From IMG/VR virus record IMGVR_UViG_3300043932_000061: a stretch of DNA of 40,674 nucleotides, one strand, 5' to 3'. Shown here in pieces: positions 26,002 to 34,641 of the stretch. Origin of the DNA: a virus. The position numbers and the translations under genes were made by a program. The notes below the pieces were generated by a model that had not been told where the DNA came from, did no database searches, and saw nothing but the letters and a program-made list of their open reading frames with translations. Position 1 is the first letter of the stretch. Each line of letters opens with the position of its first letter.

Positions 26002-26061
26002 ATAAAAGCAGTCGCCTAATAAATAAACAGTACGCAAGGGCGGCTATTAAAGGTGATAAAA

Positions 26062-26463
26062 ATGCTAAAGAATTATCAAAAAATCAGATCCGATCCACTT
26101 AAGTTAGTTTTGACAATTTTACAAGCTTTGATTTCGCTTTGGGTTACTGGAATTGGGCTATTTCTATATAGCGATCAGCATTACTTCTTTTGGCCACCAG
26201 ACTGGTCAAATGTTGAGAACGACATTCGAATTGACACTTTTATAGTACTAGTTGGGCTAGTGCTTTTTTTATGCACAATTTTTGGTTTAAGGAACCGCAA
26301 GATTATAGCAATTCTACTAGTTTGCTCTGGCGCTATAAGCCTATCAATGGCTACCTTGTCACTGCTTCATGTAGTCATGTCTAGTTACTGGGTTATGGGG
26401 CTTAATGTTATTGGAGAGTTAATTTTGTTTAGCTTAGTTCTATTAGTGGCTCATTACTTATAG
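26062..26463 (+). CDS. Membrane protein with four predicted TM segments
   Basis: Hydrophobic stretches throughout; the start at ATG 26062 has an SD. Confidence 0.5.
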   Translation: MLKNYQKIRSDPLKLVLTILQALISLWVTGIGLFLYSDQHYFFWPPDWSNVENDIRIDTFIVLVGLVLFLCTIFGLRNRKIIAILLVCSGAISLSMATLSLLHVVMSSYWVMGLNVIGELILFSLVLLVAHYL

Positions 26464-26475
26464 GAGGTGGGGCGC

Positions 26476-26661
26476 TTGCAAGACTTAAGCAATCTGTTAC
26501 TGGCGATCTCAGCCTTAATTGGTTCGATATCTACCTTTTATCAGATCATCGCAAAAACCAAGCACAACGCTCCACCAGACAAGTCAGATATGAGTGTTGA
26601 CGATATTCAAAATAAAATTAAGAAGTTACAGAAGAAACTTAAGGAGGACAAACATGATTAA
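26476..26661 (+). CDS. Small membrane protein (N-terminal TM, charged tail)
   Basis: TTG start 8 nt after AGGAGG; LLAISALIGSISTFYQIIA TM segment. Confidence 0.45.
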   Translation: MQDLSNLLLAISALIGSISTFYQIIAKTKHNAPPDKSDMSVDDIQNKIKKLQKKLKEDKHD

Positions 26662-26848
26662 GAAGCTAGAAAAAGAATTGAAAGAGTTAAATACCAAGCG
26701 TAATAAGTTATCCAAATTTTTATCAAAGCAAAACAAAAAGACCTTGTCAGCTAACCAATTGTCACTATTACAAGAACAAAAGCAAGCAATGGGTAAGTAT
26801 GCAAAAGTCTTAAAGCTACGCATTAAGGATTTAAAGGAGACTAAATAA
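26654..26848 (+). CDS. Small coiled-coil protein
   Basis: ATG at 26654 after AAGGAGG; lysis-cassette context. Confidence 0.4.
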   Translation: MIKKLEKELKELNTKRNKLSKFLSKQNKKTLSANQLSLLQEQKQAMGKYAKVLKLRIKDLKETK

Positions 26849-27246
26849 TGAATTTCAACCAATTATTAGAAACAGCAATTGTCGTTTTATCAGTTGCAGC
26901 GGTTTTTATTGCTTCTATTTATAGTAAGCACAAAATTGAGATTGATAGAAAAGCAGCACAGGGTGACTTACTTGCTAAGTCTGAGCAACTTGCAGCTCGT
27001 TCTGTAACTCCCCTTGTCTATCAGGCCGAGAAGAGGGGAGGGAGTGGCGAAGATAAGTTAGAATTCGTAATCAATACTCTCAATATTCTTTTAACTATGG
27101 CTCACTTGCCAAGTCTACCAACAAGCTTCTTAAAGGGGCTAGCTGAAAAGGCTGTGACTGCTATGAAACAAGCACAATCAATTGCAGATACAGTGGATAA
27201 GCCTAAGACGACCATTGTTGGCGAGTTAAAGGAAGTTAAGAAGTAG
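26848..27246 (+). CDS. Holin (LL-H-family-like)
   Basis: N-terminal TM segment, about 130 aa, directly upstream of the endolysin. Confidence 0.6.
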   Translation: MNFNQLLETAIVVLSVAAVFIASIYSKHKIEIDRKAAQGDLLAKSEQLAARSVTPLVYQAEKRGGSGEDKLEFVINTLNILLTMAHLPSLPTSFLKGLAEKAVTAMKQAQSIADTVDKPKTTIVGELKEVKK

Positions 27247-27255
27247 GAGGTAACT

Positions 27256-28203
27256 ATGAAAGTTGTAAAAAGAAGTTATGGTGTAGATGTTTCAAGTTTT
27301 CAAGGAACAGATTTATCTAAATATGCTAATCTTGGTGCTAAATATGCGTTTGTAAAAGTATCTGAAGGACTAGATTATCGTAATCCCAAAGCAGAGTCTC
27401 AAATTAAAAGTGCTAAAGATAATGGAATGATGGTTAGTGGATATCACTATGCACGTTTTAGCGCCAATAGTGGTGTAGCAGTACAAGAAGGTAATTATGC
27501 CGTTAACTCTGCTGTAGCAGTTGGATTGCCAAAGGGCTCGTACCTAGCTTGCGACTGGGAAACTGGTAGTGGTAATGTAACTAATCAAGGCTATGAAGCT
27601 AGTGCAGATGCTATTCTTGCTTTCATGGATACGGTAGCAACTGCAGGATATAAGCCACTTTTATATTCTGGCAAAGCCTTATTACCTAATAACGTAAATG
27701 TTAAGAAGATCACTGCCAAGTATGGGACTTGTTTATGGGTTGCATCATATAAGACTATGAATCGTCAAGATACAGCAGATTTTGGTTATTTTCCATCAAT
27801 GGATAATATCGCAATTTGGCAATTTAGTAGCAATTGGTACGGTTTAGATGTCGATGCTAATGTTACCTTAATTGACCTTAAGTCTGATGTACCATCTCTT
27901 AAACCACAACCATCTAACCCAGCTCCTGCTAAACCAACTGCTAAGACTTGGACTGACGTTCAAGGCATGACTTGGCACGCAGAAGACGGTACTTTCATTA
28001 CAGGCGGTGCAATTAATCTGAGATGGGGCGCTAATACGGATAGCATGTTGATTACCACATTGCCAGCAGGTTCAGTGGTTAAATACAACGCTTGGGCTAG
28101 AGATAGTGCTGGAAGAGTTTGGTTACAACAGCCACGTGGAAGTAATCATTACGGCTACTTAGTGGGGCGTGTAGGCAGTGATGCTTGGGGAACTTTTAAA
28201 TAA
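27256..28203 (+). CDS. Endolysin: GH25 muramidase with a C-terminal SH3b-like cell-wall-binding domain
   Basis: GVDVSSFQG... GH25 signature at the N-terminus, a Pro-rich linker, then a Trp-rich C-terminal domain. Confidence 0.9.
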   Translation: MKVVKRSYGVDVSSFQGTDLSKYANLGAKYAFVKVSEGLDYRNPKAESQIKSAKDNGMMVSGYHYARFSANSGVAVQEGNYAVNSAVAVGLPKGSYLACDWETGSGNVTNQGYEASADAILAFMDTVATAGYKPLLYSGKALLPNNVNVKKITAKYGTCLWVASYKTMNRQDTADFGYFPSMDNIAIWQFSSNWYGLDVDANVTLIDLKSDVPSLKPQPSNPAPAKPTAKTWTDVQGMTWHAEDGTFITGGAINLRWGANTDSMLITTLPAGSVVKYNAWARDSAGRVWLQQPRGSNHYGYLVGRVGSDAWGTFK

Positions 28204-28307
28204 TAAAGTGATATAATTTAATCACTGGGCAGTTAGTGCCAAAGATAGATTCCTTCGAAGCTTCTGTTTCTATCATCATTAATGAAGCGAATTAAAACAT
28301 GTTTTAA

Positions 28308-28350
28308 AAGCCACTCTGGAGAATTGATTTTCTCTAGGGTGGCTTTTTTT
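28308..28350 (+). terminator. Strong rho-independent terminator of the late/lysis operon
   Basis: A hairpin of about 16 bp (28308-28345) followed by T7. Confidence 0.8.
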
Positions 28351-28516
28351 CGGCTAAAAATGGCTAAAAAGAATTGCTGAATTATAAAGACATAAAACAA
28401 TGAATGCTGGTGCATCAATATTTTAAGTGCTTTATGTAAACATAAATAATCAAACACTGAAACCTGTACTCTCCTTATTTGAATAAAGGAATGTTGATAT
28501 AGCAACGTTTTAAGTA

Positions 28517-28564
28517 ATAAAAATACCTTTTTGGCTAAGAAATGGCTAAAAAGGTGTTTTTTTT
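28517..28564. terminator. Bidirectional terminator downstream of int
   Basis: 11-bp stem ACCTTTTTGGC/GCTAAAAAGGT flanked by an A-run (28517-24) and a T8 run (28557-64). Confidence 0.65.
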
Positions 28565-28568
28565 GTGT

Positions 28569-29744
28569 TTATATATTTAATTGTTTTAATGCATTGACTG
28601 CATCTTCTGTATTTTTCTTGTTAATATGAGTATAAATGTCTAAAGTCATTTGAATATTTTCATGACCAAGTAACATCTGAACTGTTTTAGGTTTTACATT
28701 AGTTTCCGCAATAAGTAGTGTTGCAAAAGTATGTCTAAAACCGTGAACTGTAATATGACGTAAATCCGGTTGTGGCTTTTTTAAGTTATATTTTTTTGCA
28801 TATTCAGCTTTTTCTTCGTGGTCTTTAGCGTAAATCGATTTTAACCATTGATCTGGTTTACTTATTCTTAAATAAGTTCCCTTATTAGTGTGAAATAACT
28901 CTTTAGAGATGATTTTCTGATTTCGCTTATAATCTATCAAAACTTCTTTCAAGCCGTCTGAAATAGGTAAAATTCGCTTTGATTTGGGTGACTTAGGAGG
29001 TTGAATAATTGTTTTTCCATTTAAACCATATGCTAAAGTTTTATTTACTGATAGAGTGCCGGCATTTAGGTTAATATCTGACCATGTTAAAGCAAGAGCT
29101 TCCGATTTTCGAAGACCGGTAGCAGAAAGTAGTTTGAAGTATGTATATGGGACTAATCCATAATCTTTGGCAACTTCAAGGAATTGATTTAGTTCATCTC
29201 GTGTATAAACATTATGTTCAGTATCTCTACGCGGCCGAGATGTCTTCTTTGGAATAATGATCCGTTTTAATGGATTTTCAGAAACATAGTTTAAGCGAAT
29301 ACCGTACTCAAAAAGGGCATTGAATTCATTAATTGCATCCCTATATTTGACAATCTGTTTTGCTTTTCTATCAGCCCACTGTTGTAATTCAGCCACTGTA
29401 ATCTTATCAATATATTGATTACCAAAATCCGGAATAACATGGTTATCAAAGACTTGTTTATTTTTATTTGCAGTGGATTCTTTTACTTGAGTCTTATAAT
29501 TTTCAAACCATAGATCACGTAATTCAGCTACTTTAATTTGTTTTTGTTTTACAAAATTATCTGGTTTAATTTGTGACATTTTATTGAATACGGCTTCTGC
29601 TTCAGCATAGGATTTAAATCCACGCCTGCGGGTAATGATTGGCTTACCATTACTGTTAGTGCCTAGATAAATTTGAAACATATACCGTTTCTTACCAGAT
29701 TTTAATTTGTAATCTTTAATACTTGTGTTTTTTCTTTTTGGCAT
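28569..29744 (-). CDS. int: Tyrosine integrase
   Basis: HGFRHTFATLL...LGHENIQMTLDIYTH catalytic box; SD AGGAGG. Confidence 0.95.
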   Translation of the reverse strand: MPKRKNTSIKDYKLKSGKKRYMFQIYLGTNSNGKPIITRRRGFKSYAEAEAVFNKMSQIKPDNFVKQKQIKVAELRDLWFENYKTQVKESTANKNKQVFDNHVIPDFGNQYIDKITVAELQQWADRKAKQIVKYRDAINEFNALFEYGIRLNYVSENPLKRIIIPKKTSRPRRDTEHNVYTRDELNQFLEVAKDYGLVPYTYFKLLSATGLRKSEALALTWSDINLNAGTLSVNKTLAYGLNGKTIIQPPKSPKSKRILPISDGLKEVLIDYKRNQKIISKELFHTNKGTYLRISKPDQWLKSIYAKDHEEKAEYAKKYNLKKPQPDLRHITVHGFRHTFATLLIAETNVKPKTVQMLLGHENIQMTLDIYTHINKKNTEDAVNALKQLNI

Positions 29745-29869
29745 AATAAAAAACCTCCTATTGTAGCCTAAATAGGAACTCTGCTACAATAAGAGGGCAG
29801 AGTTCATAATTTTATGGCTTTGTTAATTAAAACATTCATTTGAGCTATTGGCGTAGCTCATTTTCTTAT

Positions 29870-29903
29870 CCCACTGATGTTGGCGCATCAGTGGGATTTT
29901 TTT
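29870..29903 (+). terminator. + strand rho-independent terminator antisense-side of int
   Basis: 10-bp stem CCCACTGATG/CATCAGTGGG, loop TTGGCG, then T7. Confidence 0.6.
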
Positions 29904-30039
29904 GTTTAATAATTAATAGTTTAATCATTATCATCGGTATCATAATCAGAACTATCGGAATCATCATCTGAAACTTGCCGCTTTAGTTGTTTACCTTTTT
30001 CATTTATTTTCCTATACTTTAATAATTTCTTTACTTTAT

Positions 30040-30318
30040 CTATTTTATGAATTTGATTAGAAACCCAATAATGGTACAAGTAATGGATACAATGGCAATG
30101 CCGGTTCCATAAAACCAAACCTTTTGCTTTTCAAATTTAGTATTAATTTTTTCGTTGGTTAAATCGATTTTCTTGTCAATATTGCGAAATTGATTTTGCA
30201 TATTTGCAAACTTGTTATCCATTTTGCTTTGCATGTCTGCAAATTTATTATCTATATGCCGCAGCATTTTTTCGTTACTTAATTCTAATTCCTGATGAGT
30301 TACATATTTATTATCCAT
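30040..30318 (-). CDS. Membrane-anchored coiled-coil protein (XhlA-like architecture)
   Basis: SD GGTGGAGG precedes the internal ATG (track ORF 30040..30456). Repeated DNKFA.MQ motifs and a C-terminal TM segment. Confidence 0.5.
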   Translation of the reverse strand: MDNKYVTHQELELSNEKMLRHIDNKFADMQSKMDNKFANMQNQFRNIDKKIDLTNEKINTKFEKQKVWFYGTGIAIVSITCTIIGFLIKFIK

Positions 30319-30551
30319 AGGTGGTTCACCTCCACCATTATTATCAGATAGTCTTGAGGGTTTCTTCAAGCCAATAGGGCAAGGATTTAAATTTTTGCTG
30401 ATAGTGATATTTATTTGGCTCGGAAACTTGCTTAAATTTTCTAGCTGCAGAGTCAATATGCTTGTTTTTATCCAATTGATTTCCTCTCTAAAACTATAAA
30501 TTGCTTTTATTTTTCTGGTAGTATTCTTTAAATACTTTCTAATAGTTATAC

Positions 30552-31202
30552 CTATAAATCTAGCAACTGCTTCTTTTTGGCTTCAAATTCTTCTTGCGTG
30601 ATTGCTCCAATGTCTAGCAAGCCTTTGAGTTTCTTGATTTCGTCTAGTGGATCAGAAGCAGGGGATGATTGGGTGGCAGAAATAGGTTCATTAGATGATT
30701 GATTGTTAGAATTATTAAGAGCTTTTTGAGGAAAACTATTAATTAAATCCACTAAAGCAACAGCCTTTGAAACAGTGCTCTCTCTATAGACAGCATCAGT
30801 TCCTTTAATTTTGCCTTTATAATATTCTATTTTTTCATCTTTTCTATTTTTAAATTTAATAACAATAGTAAGCTCAACTTTTTGTTTTTTCTTACCACCA
30901 GTAACAAGACCAGCAATAGCTCCATAGCCCCCGGTTGCTAAACCTAAACCAATACCACGAGCTATATTTAATCCATGCGTAGTTTTACCATTTTCTTGTA
31001 ATTCTGCACCGACTACGTCTGAATAGGGAATGAAATCTTGAGGTATTATGGGCTCTTTTTTAAAGGATAAAATTTTCTTTTCATCACTGTACATAAAGTT
31101 ACCACTTGGATCAGATATACAAGAGTTAGTCATATCTGATACCTGATCTCTCATTTTTTCAGCACTTTCATTAAACTTTTTAAATGCGTCTCTTAGTCCC
31201 AT
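30552..31202 (-). CDS. SHOCT-domain protein (lysogeny-module accessory gene)
   Basis: C-terminal LDEIKKLKGLLDIGAITQEEFEAKKKQLL matches SHOCT. Gly-rich hydrophobic segment mid-protein. SD before the second ATG. Confidence 0.65.
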   Translation of the reverse strand: MGLRDAFKKFNESAEKMRDQVSDMTNSCISDPSGNFMYSDEKKILSFKKEPIIPQDFIPYSDVVGAELQENGKTTHGLNIARGIGLGLATGGYGAIAGLVTGGKKKQKVELTIVIKFKNRKDEKIEYYKGKIKGTDAVYRESTVSKAVALVDLINSFPQKALNNSNNQSSNEPISATQSSPASDPLDEIKKLKGLLDIGAITQEEFEAKKKQLLDL

Positions 31203-31234
31203 TTTTACTTCCTCCATATATATTTTTTTAGTTT

Positions 31235-31954
31235 TTATAACTTGCTAGTAAACTGAATTGCCTTGCCTATAATAGTGGCAGGGTTGCTAGGTGTGATAAT
31301 GATTGGATCGTAAGCATCATTATCAGGCTTTAGCATTACTAACCCGTCAATATGTTTGACACGTTTTAAAGTAGCTTCGGTATCGCCGTTAACTTGAACT
31401 GCAGCGATTTCTCCATCTTCAACTTCTGGTTGCAACCTAATAGTTACAATTGAACCGTCTGGAATAGTAGGCTCCATTGAGTGGCCTTTGGCTCGTAAGT
31501 CGATTAAGTCGCCAGAGGGAACTTGCCCCTTCGGAAATACATGAGTGATATATTCCTCAACATTTTCTTCTGCAGTAATTGGATCACCGCAGGCAATTTC
31601 TCCTATAAGAGGGATATGCTTAGTAGTAGTTTCAACCATATTTTTAGGCTTGATTTCGTAGCTACTGAGATCATCATTTATAGAATAATCGTCCCCCTGA
31701 GTAGGGTAGGCGGCAGACTGAGCATTATCTTTCGGAGGAAAGAAATCATCCAAAGTCTTGTTAAATATATTTGCCAGTTCAAATAAAACATCCTGATTTG
31801 CCTTCCTAGTTCCATTTTCATACCGTGTCACTGTAGGTCTTGATGTTCCTAATTTATTAGCGAGTTCTTCAACTGTATACCCTCGCTCAATACGAAATTG
31901 CTTAATCTTATTTCCGATATAATGACTTAAGCTGTAGTCCTTGGAATCCTGCAT
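31235..31954 (-). CDS. CI-like repressor (XRE HTH + S24 LexA-type peptidase)
   Basis: N-terminal HTH. C-terminal GHSMEPTIPDGSIV and ...LKRV Ser/Lys dyad context. Confidence 0.9.
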   Translation of the reverse strand: MQDSKDYSLSHYIGNKIKQFRIERGYTVEELANKLGTSRPTVTRYENGTRKANQDVLFELANIFNKTLDDFFPPKDNAQSAAYPTQGDDYSINDDLSSYEIKPKNMVETTTKHIPLIGEIACGDPITAEENVEEYITHVFPKGQVPSGDLIDLRAKGHSMEPTIPDGSIVTIRLQPEVEDGEIAAVQVNGDTEATLKRVKHIDGLVMLKPDNDAYDPIIITPSNPATIIGKAIQFTSKL

Positions 31955-31993
31955 TTTCTCACCTTCTTTATAGAATTAATTATAGTCCATTAA

Positions 31994-32008
31994 ATACCGT
32001 TTTGGAAC
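31994..32008. promoter_or_regulatory. Degenerate operator-like site ATACCGTTTTGGAAC
   Basis: Resembles the two GTACCA-N3-TGGTAC sites. Confidence 0.35.
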
Positions 32009-32035
32009 AAAGATATGTTTTTTAGAAAAAAAGTG

Positions 32036-32064
32036 TTGCATAAAAATCAAAATGGTATTAATAT
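32036..32064 (+). promoter_or_regulatory. Early rightward promoter (TTGCAT-17-TAATAT)
   Basis: Read directly; lies upstream of cro with an operator just downstream. Confidence 0.6.
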
Positions 32065-32070
32065 AGTGAT

Positions 32071-32085
32071 GTACCAAATTGGTAC
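32071..32085. promoter_or_regulatory. Operator candidate GTACCAAATTGGTAC
   Basis: 6-bp inverted arms with a 3-nt spacer, between the -10 and the cro SD. Confidence 0.6.
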
Positions 32086-32103
32086 TGGAAAGGAAAGAGG
32101 TAA

Positions 32104-32325
32104 ATGCAAATTAAACTATATAACTTACGAAAAAACCAAAAACATCTAACACAGAAAGAATTAGCTGCTATGTTAGGTATTAGTACTAAATCTTATCGTG
32201 ATAAAGAACTTGGACATCAACAGTTTACTCAAGATGAAATGTTTAAAATATCAGATATTTTTAATGCTAAATTAGAGGATATTTTTTTGCCTCGAAAGTA
32301 CCAAAATGGTACAAGAAACAAATAG
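32104..32325 (+). CDS. Cro-like XRE-family HTH regulator
   Basis: HLTQKELAAMLGISTKSY HTH; divergent from the repressor. Confidence 0.75.
   Translation: MQIKLYNLRKNQKHLTQKELAAMLGISTKSYRDKELGHQQFTQDEMFKISDIFNAKLEDIFLPRKYQNGTRNK
32298..32312. promoter_or_regulatory. Third operator-like site GTACCAAAATGGTAC inside the 3' end of cro
   Basis: Same arms as the 32071 site. Confidence 0.4.
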
Positions 32326-32334
32326 GAGGGCTAG

Positions 32335-33102
32335 ATGGAACTATTAAATTTTGAAGGTCAATCTGTTTTAGACAGTAGAGATGTTGCTGAAATGATTAAT
32401 CAAAGACACACCGATTTATTAAGGAGAATCGAAACTTATTCTCGTGATATTGGTCAAAACGCAAAATTGCGTTCTGATAGTTTCTTCATCCCAAGTACTT
32501 ATCAATCTGGAACAGGAAAGAATTATAAATGCTACCTCCTCACTAAACAAGGATGTGAGTTTGTAGCAAATAAGATGACTGGGAAGAAAGGTAATCAATT
32601 CACTGCTCAATATGTAACATTGTTCAATTCAATGAAAGAAACAATTGAAAATGGACCTCAGACAATCCTTAATCAATTACATAAAGAGTGGGGCGTCCCT
32701 ACAACTTTAGGTGGCGCATTACAATTAGCTGCTAATCAGCAAGTAGAGATTGAAAAGATGAAGCCCAAGGTTGATTACTACGATAGTCAAATGAGAAATC
32801 CAGGGCTTATGACAGTAACTGAGATTGCTAAGGACTATGGTTGGTCAGCTAAAACATTAAATAAGGAACTGCATAAACGAGGAATCATTTTCAAGCAAGG
32901 TAAGCATTGGGTACCTTACGCAAAATATGCCGGTAAAGGATATACCCAATATGAACCATTTGACTATCAACATAGCAATGGTCAACCGGGAGTTCACAAC
33001 AATTTGAAATGGACTCAAAGAGGTAAGAAGTTCATTTATGATTTGTTGGCCAAAGATGGTATTAAGCCGGTAACTGAACAGATGAATTTATTAGAAGCAT
33101 AG
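32335..33102 (+). CDS. Antirepressor (Rha-like N-terminus + KilAC/ANT C-terminal domain)
   Basis: LDSRDVAEMINQRHTDLLRRIE (Rha-type) and DYYDSQMRNPGLMTVTEIAKDYGWSAKTLNKEL (KilAC-type). Confidence 0.7.
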   Translation: MELLNFEGQSVLDSRDVAEMINQRHTDLLRRIETYSRDIGQNAKLRSDSFFIPSTYQSGTGKNYKCYLLTKQGCEFVANKMTGKKGNQFTAQYVTLFNSMKETIENGPQTILNQLHKEWGVPTTLGGALQLAANQQVEIEKMKPKVDYYDSQMRNPGLMTVTEIAKDYGWSAKTLNKELHKRGIIFKQGKHWVPYAKYAGKGYTQYEPFDYQHSNGQPGVHNNLKWTQRGKKFIYDLLAKDGIKPVTEQMNLLEA

Positions 33103-33196
33103 GTAATAAAGATGGAAAAAGAGCAAAAGAAAAGCCCTGCTTCAGAAGAAACAGGACATAACATGAAAAAATTGGAATTAAAAAGGAGATGATTTC

Positions 33197-33406
33197 ATGC
33201 AAATCGCAATCCCAGAACGAGTTATTGAAAGAGCTATTCAACAGAAGTATTTTAACGTGACAGCATCAGCAAACTTCTTAGGAGTTAGCCCATCTACATT
33301 TAGAATTTGGCTGAAAAAGTTTGATTTTAAGCCAATTAGTATTGATGGCCAAATCTTATATGACAAGGATGTCTTACAAAAGTTTATGGAGGATCACAAA
33401 TTATGA
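33197..33406 (+). CDS. Small HTH protein, possible excisionase
   Basis: SANFLGVSPSTFRIWLKK HTH; 69 aa. Confidence 0.4.
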   Translation: MQIAIPERVIERAIQQKYFNVTASANFLGVSPSTFRIWLKKFDFKPISIDGQILYDKDVLQKFMEDHKL

Positions 33407-33552
33407 GTAAATGGATTAACCACAAGATCAACGAATTCATGGGGACTGATTTCACAGTACGTGAAACAGAAATACTTACGCTAGGTACCATGTGTACAGC
33501 ATTAGTAGCACTTATTTTTACGATGTATACAGCGATTTTTCCAAATATTTAG
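33403..33552 (+). CDS. Small hydrophobic-tail protein (49 aa, below the ORF-track cutoff)
   Basis: ATGA overlap with the upstream stop; C-terminal TM-like LGTMCTALVALIFTMYTAIF. Confidence 0.35.
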   Translation: MSKWINHKINEFMGTDFTVRETEILTLGTMCTALVALIFTMYTAIFPNI

Positions 33553-33565
33553 GGAGATGAGATAA

Positions 33566-33718
33566 ATGACATTAGAAACAAAATTAATCAGTAACAGTAA
33601 TGCTTTCTTCACTAGAGAAACACGACAACCGCTTATACCGGATGAATATCAAAAACAATTTGAGACAGATTTAATGACAACAAAAAAGCCGTTAACTGCG
33701 CCAACAGCTAACGACTAG
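33566..33718 (+). CDS. Small hypothetical protein (50 aa)
   Basis: SD GGGAGATGAG 5 nt upstream of the ATG. Confidence 0.35.
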   Translation: MTLETKLISNSNAFFTRETRQPLIPDEYQKQFETDLMTTKKPLTAPTAND

Positions 33719-33748
33719 AAAAATATATATAACCAAAGGAATTATAAC

Positions 33749-34639
33749 ATGAATAAGATTAACAAAACACAAGCATTAATCACATTTGAAAATGAGAACT
33801 TTCCAATTAATTTTGAGCCAGCAAAAGTAGACTTTCCTGGCTATCAAGATTTAAAAGCAAAAGTAGATGAGATAGCCCAGGGCTGGGATACCTATGTAGT
33901 AACTTCTAAGTCCTACCCTTATGACAAGAAGACTAAAGCTGAGCTGAATCGTATTCGTAAGGCGTTAAATGATAGACGCAAAGAGATTACTAAACAGGCT
34001 AGTCAACCTATAGATGAGTTTACGGCATTAATTAAAGGATTAGACCTTGAAATTAAAGAAGCTGTGGATCATATCAATGAGGGCATTAAAGCCTTTGATG
34101 AAAAGGCTAGGAAGGATAAGCATCAACAGAATTTAATCAAACTTGGTGAGATTGCTACAGAGTACGGAGTAGCCCTTCAAAAATTAGAATACAACCCTAA
34201 GTGGGATAACAAGTCCACTTCTTGGAACACTATTGAAGAAGAAGCTAGACAGCAATTTGAGGCTATTCTTGAACAAGAAAAAGCCAGAAAAGAAGCTGAA
34301 CAAGTTATTGCTAATAAGGCTAATGAATACACTAAGCTCGCTATGACCGCAAGTCCTTATTTACAGATGCTTGATTATAAGTCACTGCCTGACGTTCTTA
34401 CTCAAATGGATAATGACCATGAATATTTAATTAAGCAGGCTAAACAGCAAGAAGAAAATCGTAAGAAAGCTATAGAATCGCTTGAACAACATGGCGATAA
34501 GTATGTTGATGCCAAAACAGGTGAAGTAGTTGATAAGGTACATAGCGTCACACTTAAACTTACTGGCACCACAGAACAATTAACGGCCCTATCTAACTTC
34601 ATCCACGATTGGGGTATTAGCTATGAAAGGGTGAACTAA
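33749..34639 (+). CDS. DUF1351-like protein (recombination-module partner)
   Basis: Coiled-coil 296-aa protein immediately upstream of ERF; this arrangement is recalled from Firmicute siphoviruses. Confidence 0.5.
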   Translation: MNKINKTQALITFENENFPINFEPAKVDFPGYQDLKAKVDEIAQGWDTYVVTSKSYPYDKKTKAELNRIRKALNDRRKEITKQASQPIDEFTALIKGLDLEIKEAVDHINEGIKAFDEKARKDKHQQNLIKLGEIATEYGVALQKLEYNPKWDNKSTSWNTIEEEARQQFEAILEQEKARKEAEQVIANKANEYTKLAMTASPYLQMLDYKSLPDVLTQMDNDHEYLIKQAKQQEENRKKAIESLEQHGDKYVDAKTGEVVDKVHSVTLKLTGTTEQLTALSNFIHDWGISYERVN

Positions 34640-34641
34640 GC

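Noticed and set aside
28233-28505. 90-aa minus-strand ORF in the lysin-int intergenic region
   Set aside because: It has no SD, runs through terminator hairpins and the repeat motifs, and has a low-complexity, atypical composition. It is probably spurious.
29921-30118. 65-aa minus-strand ORF with an acidic Ser/Asp tail
   Set aside because: It overlaps the end of the preceding gene by 79 nt in another frame and has no SD or alternative start. I kept it only as a doubtful possibility.
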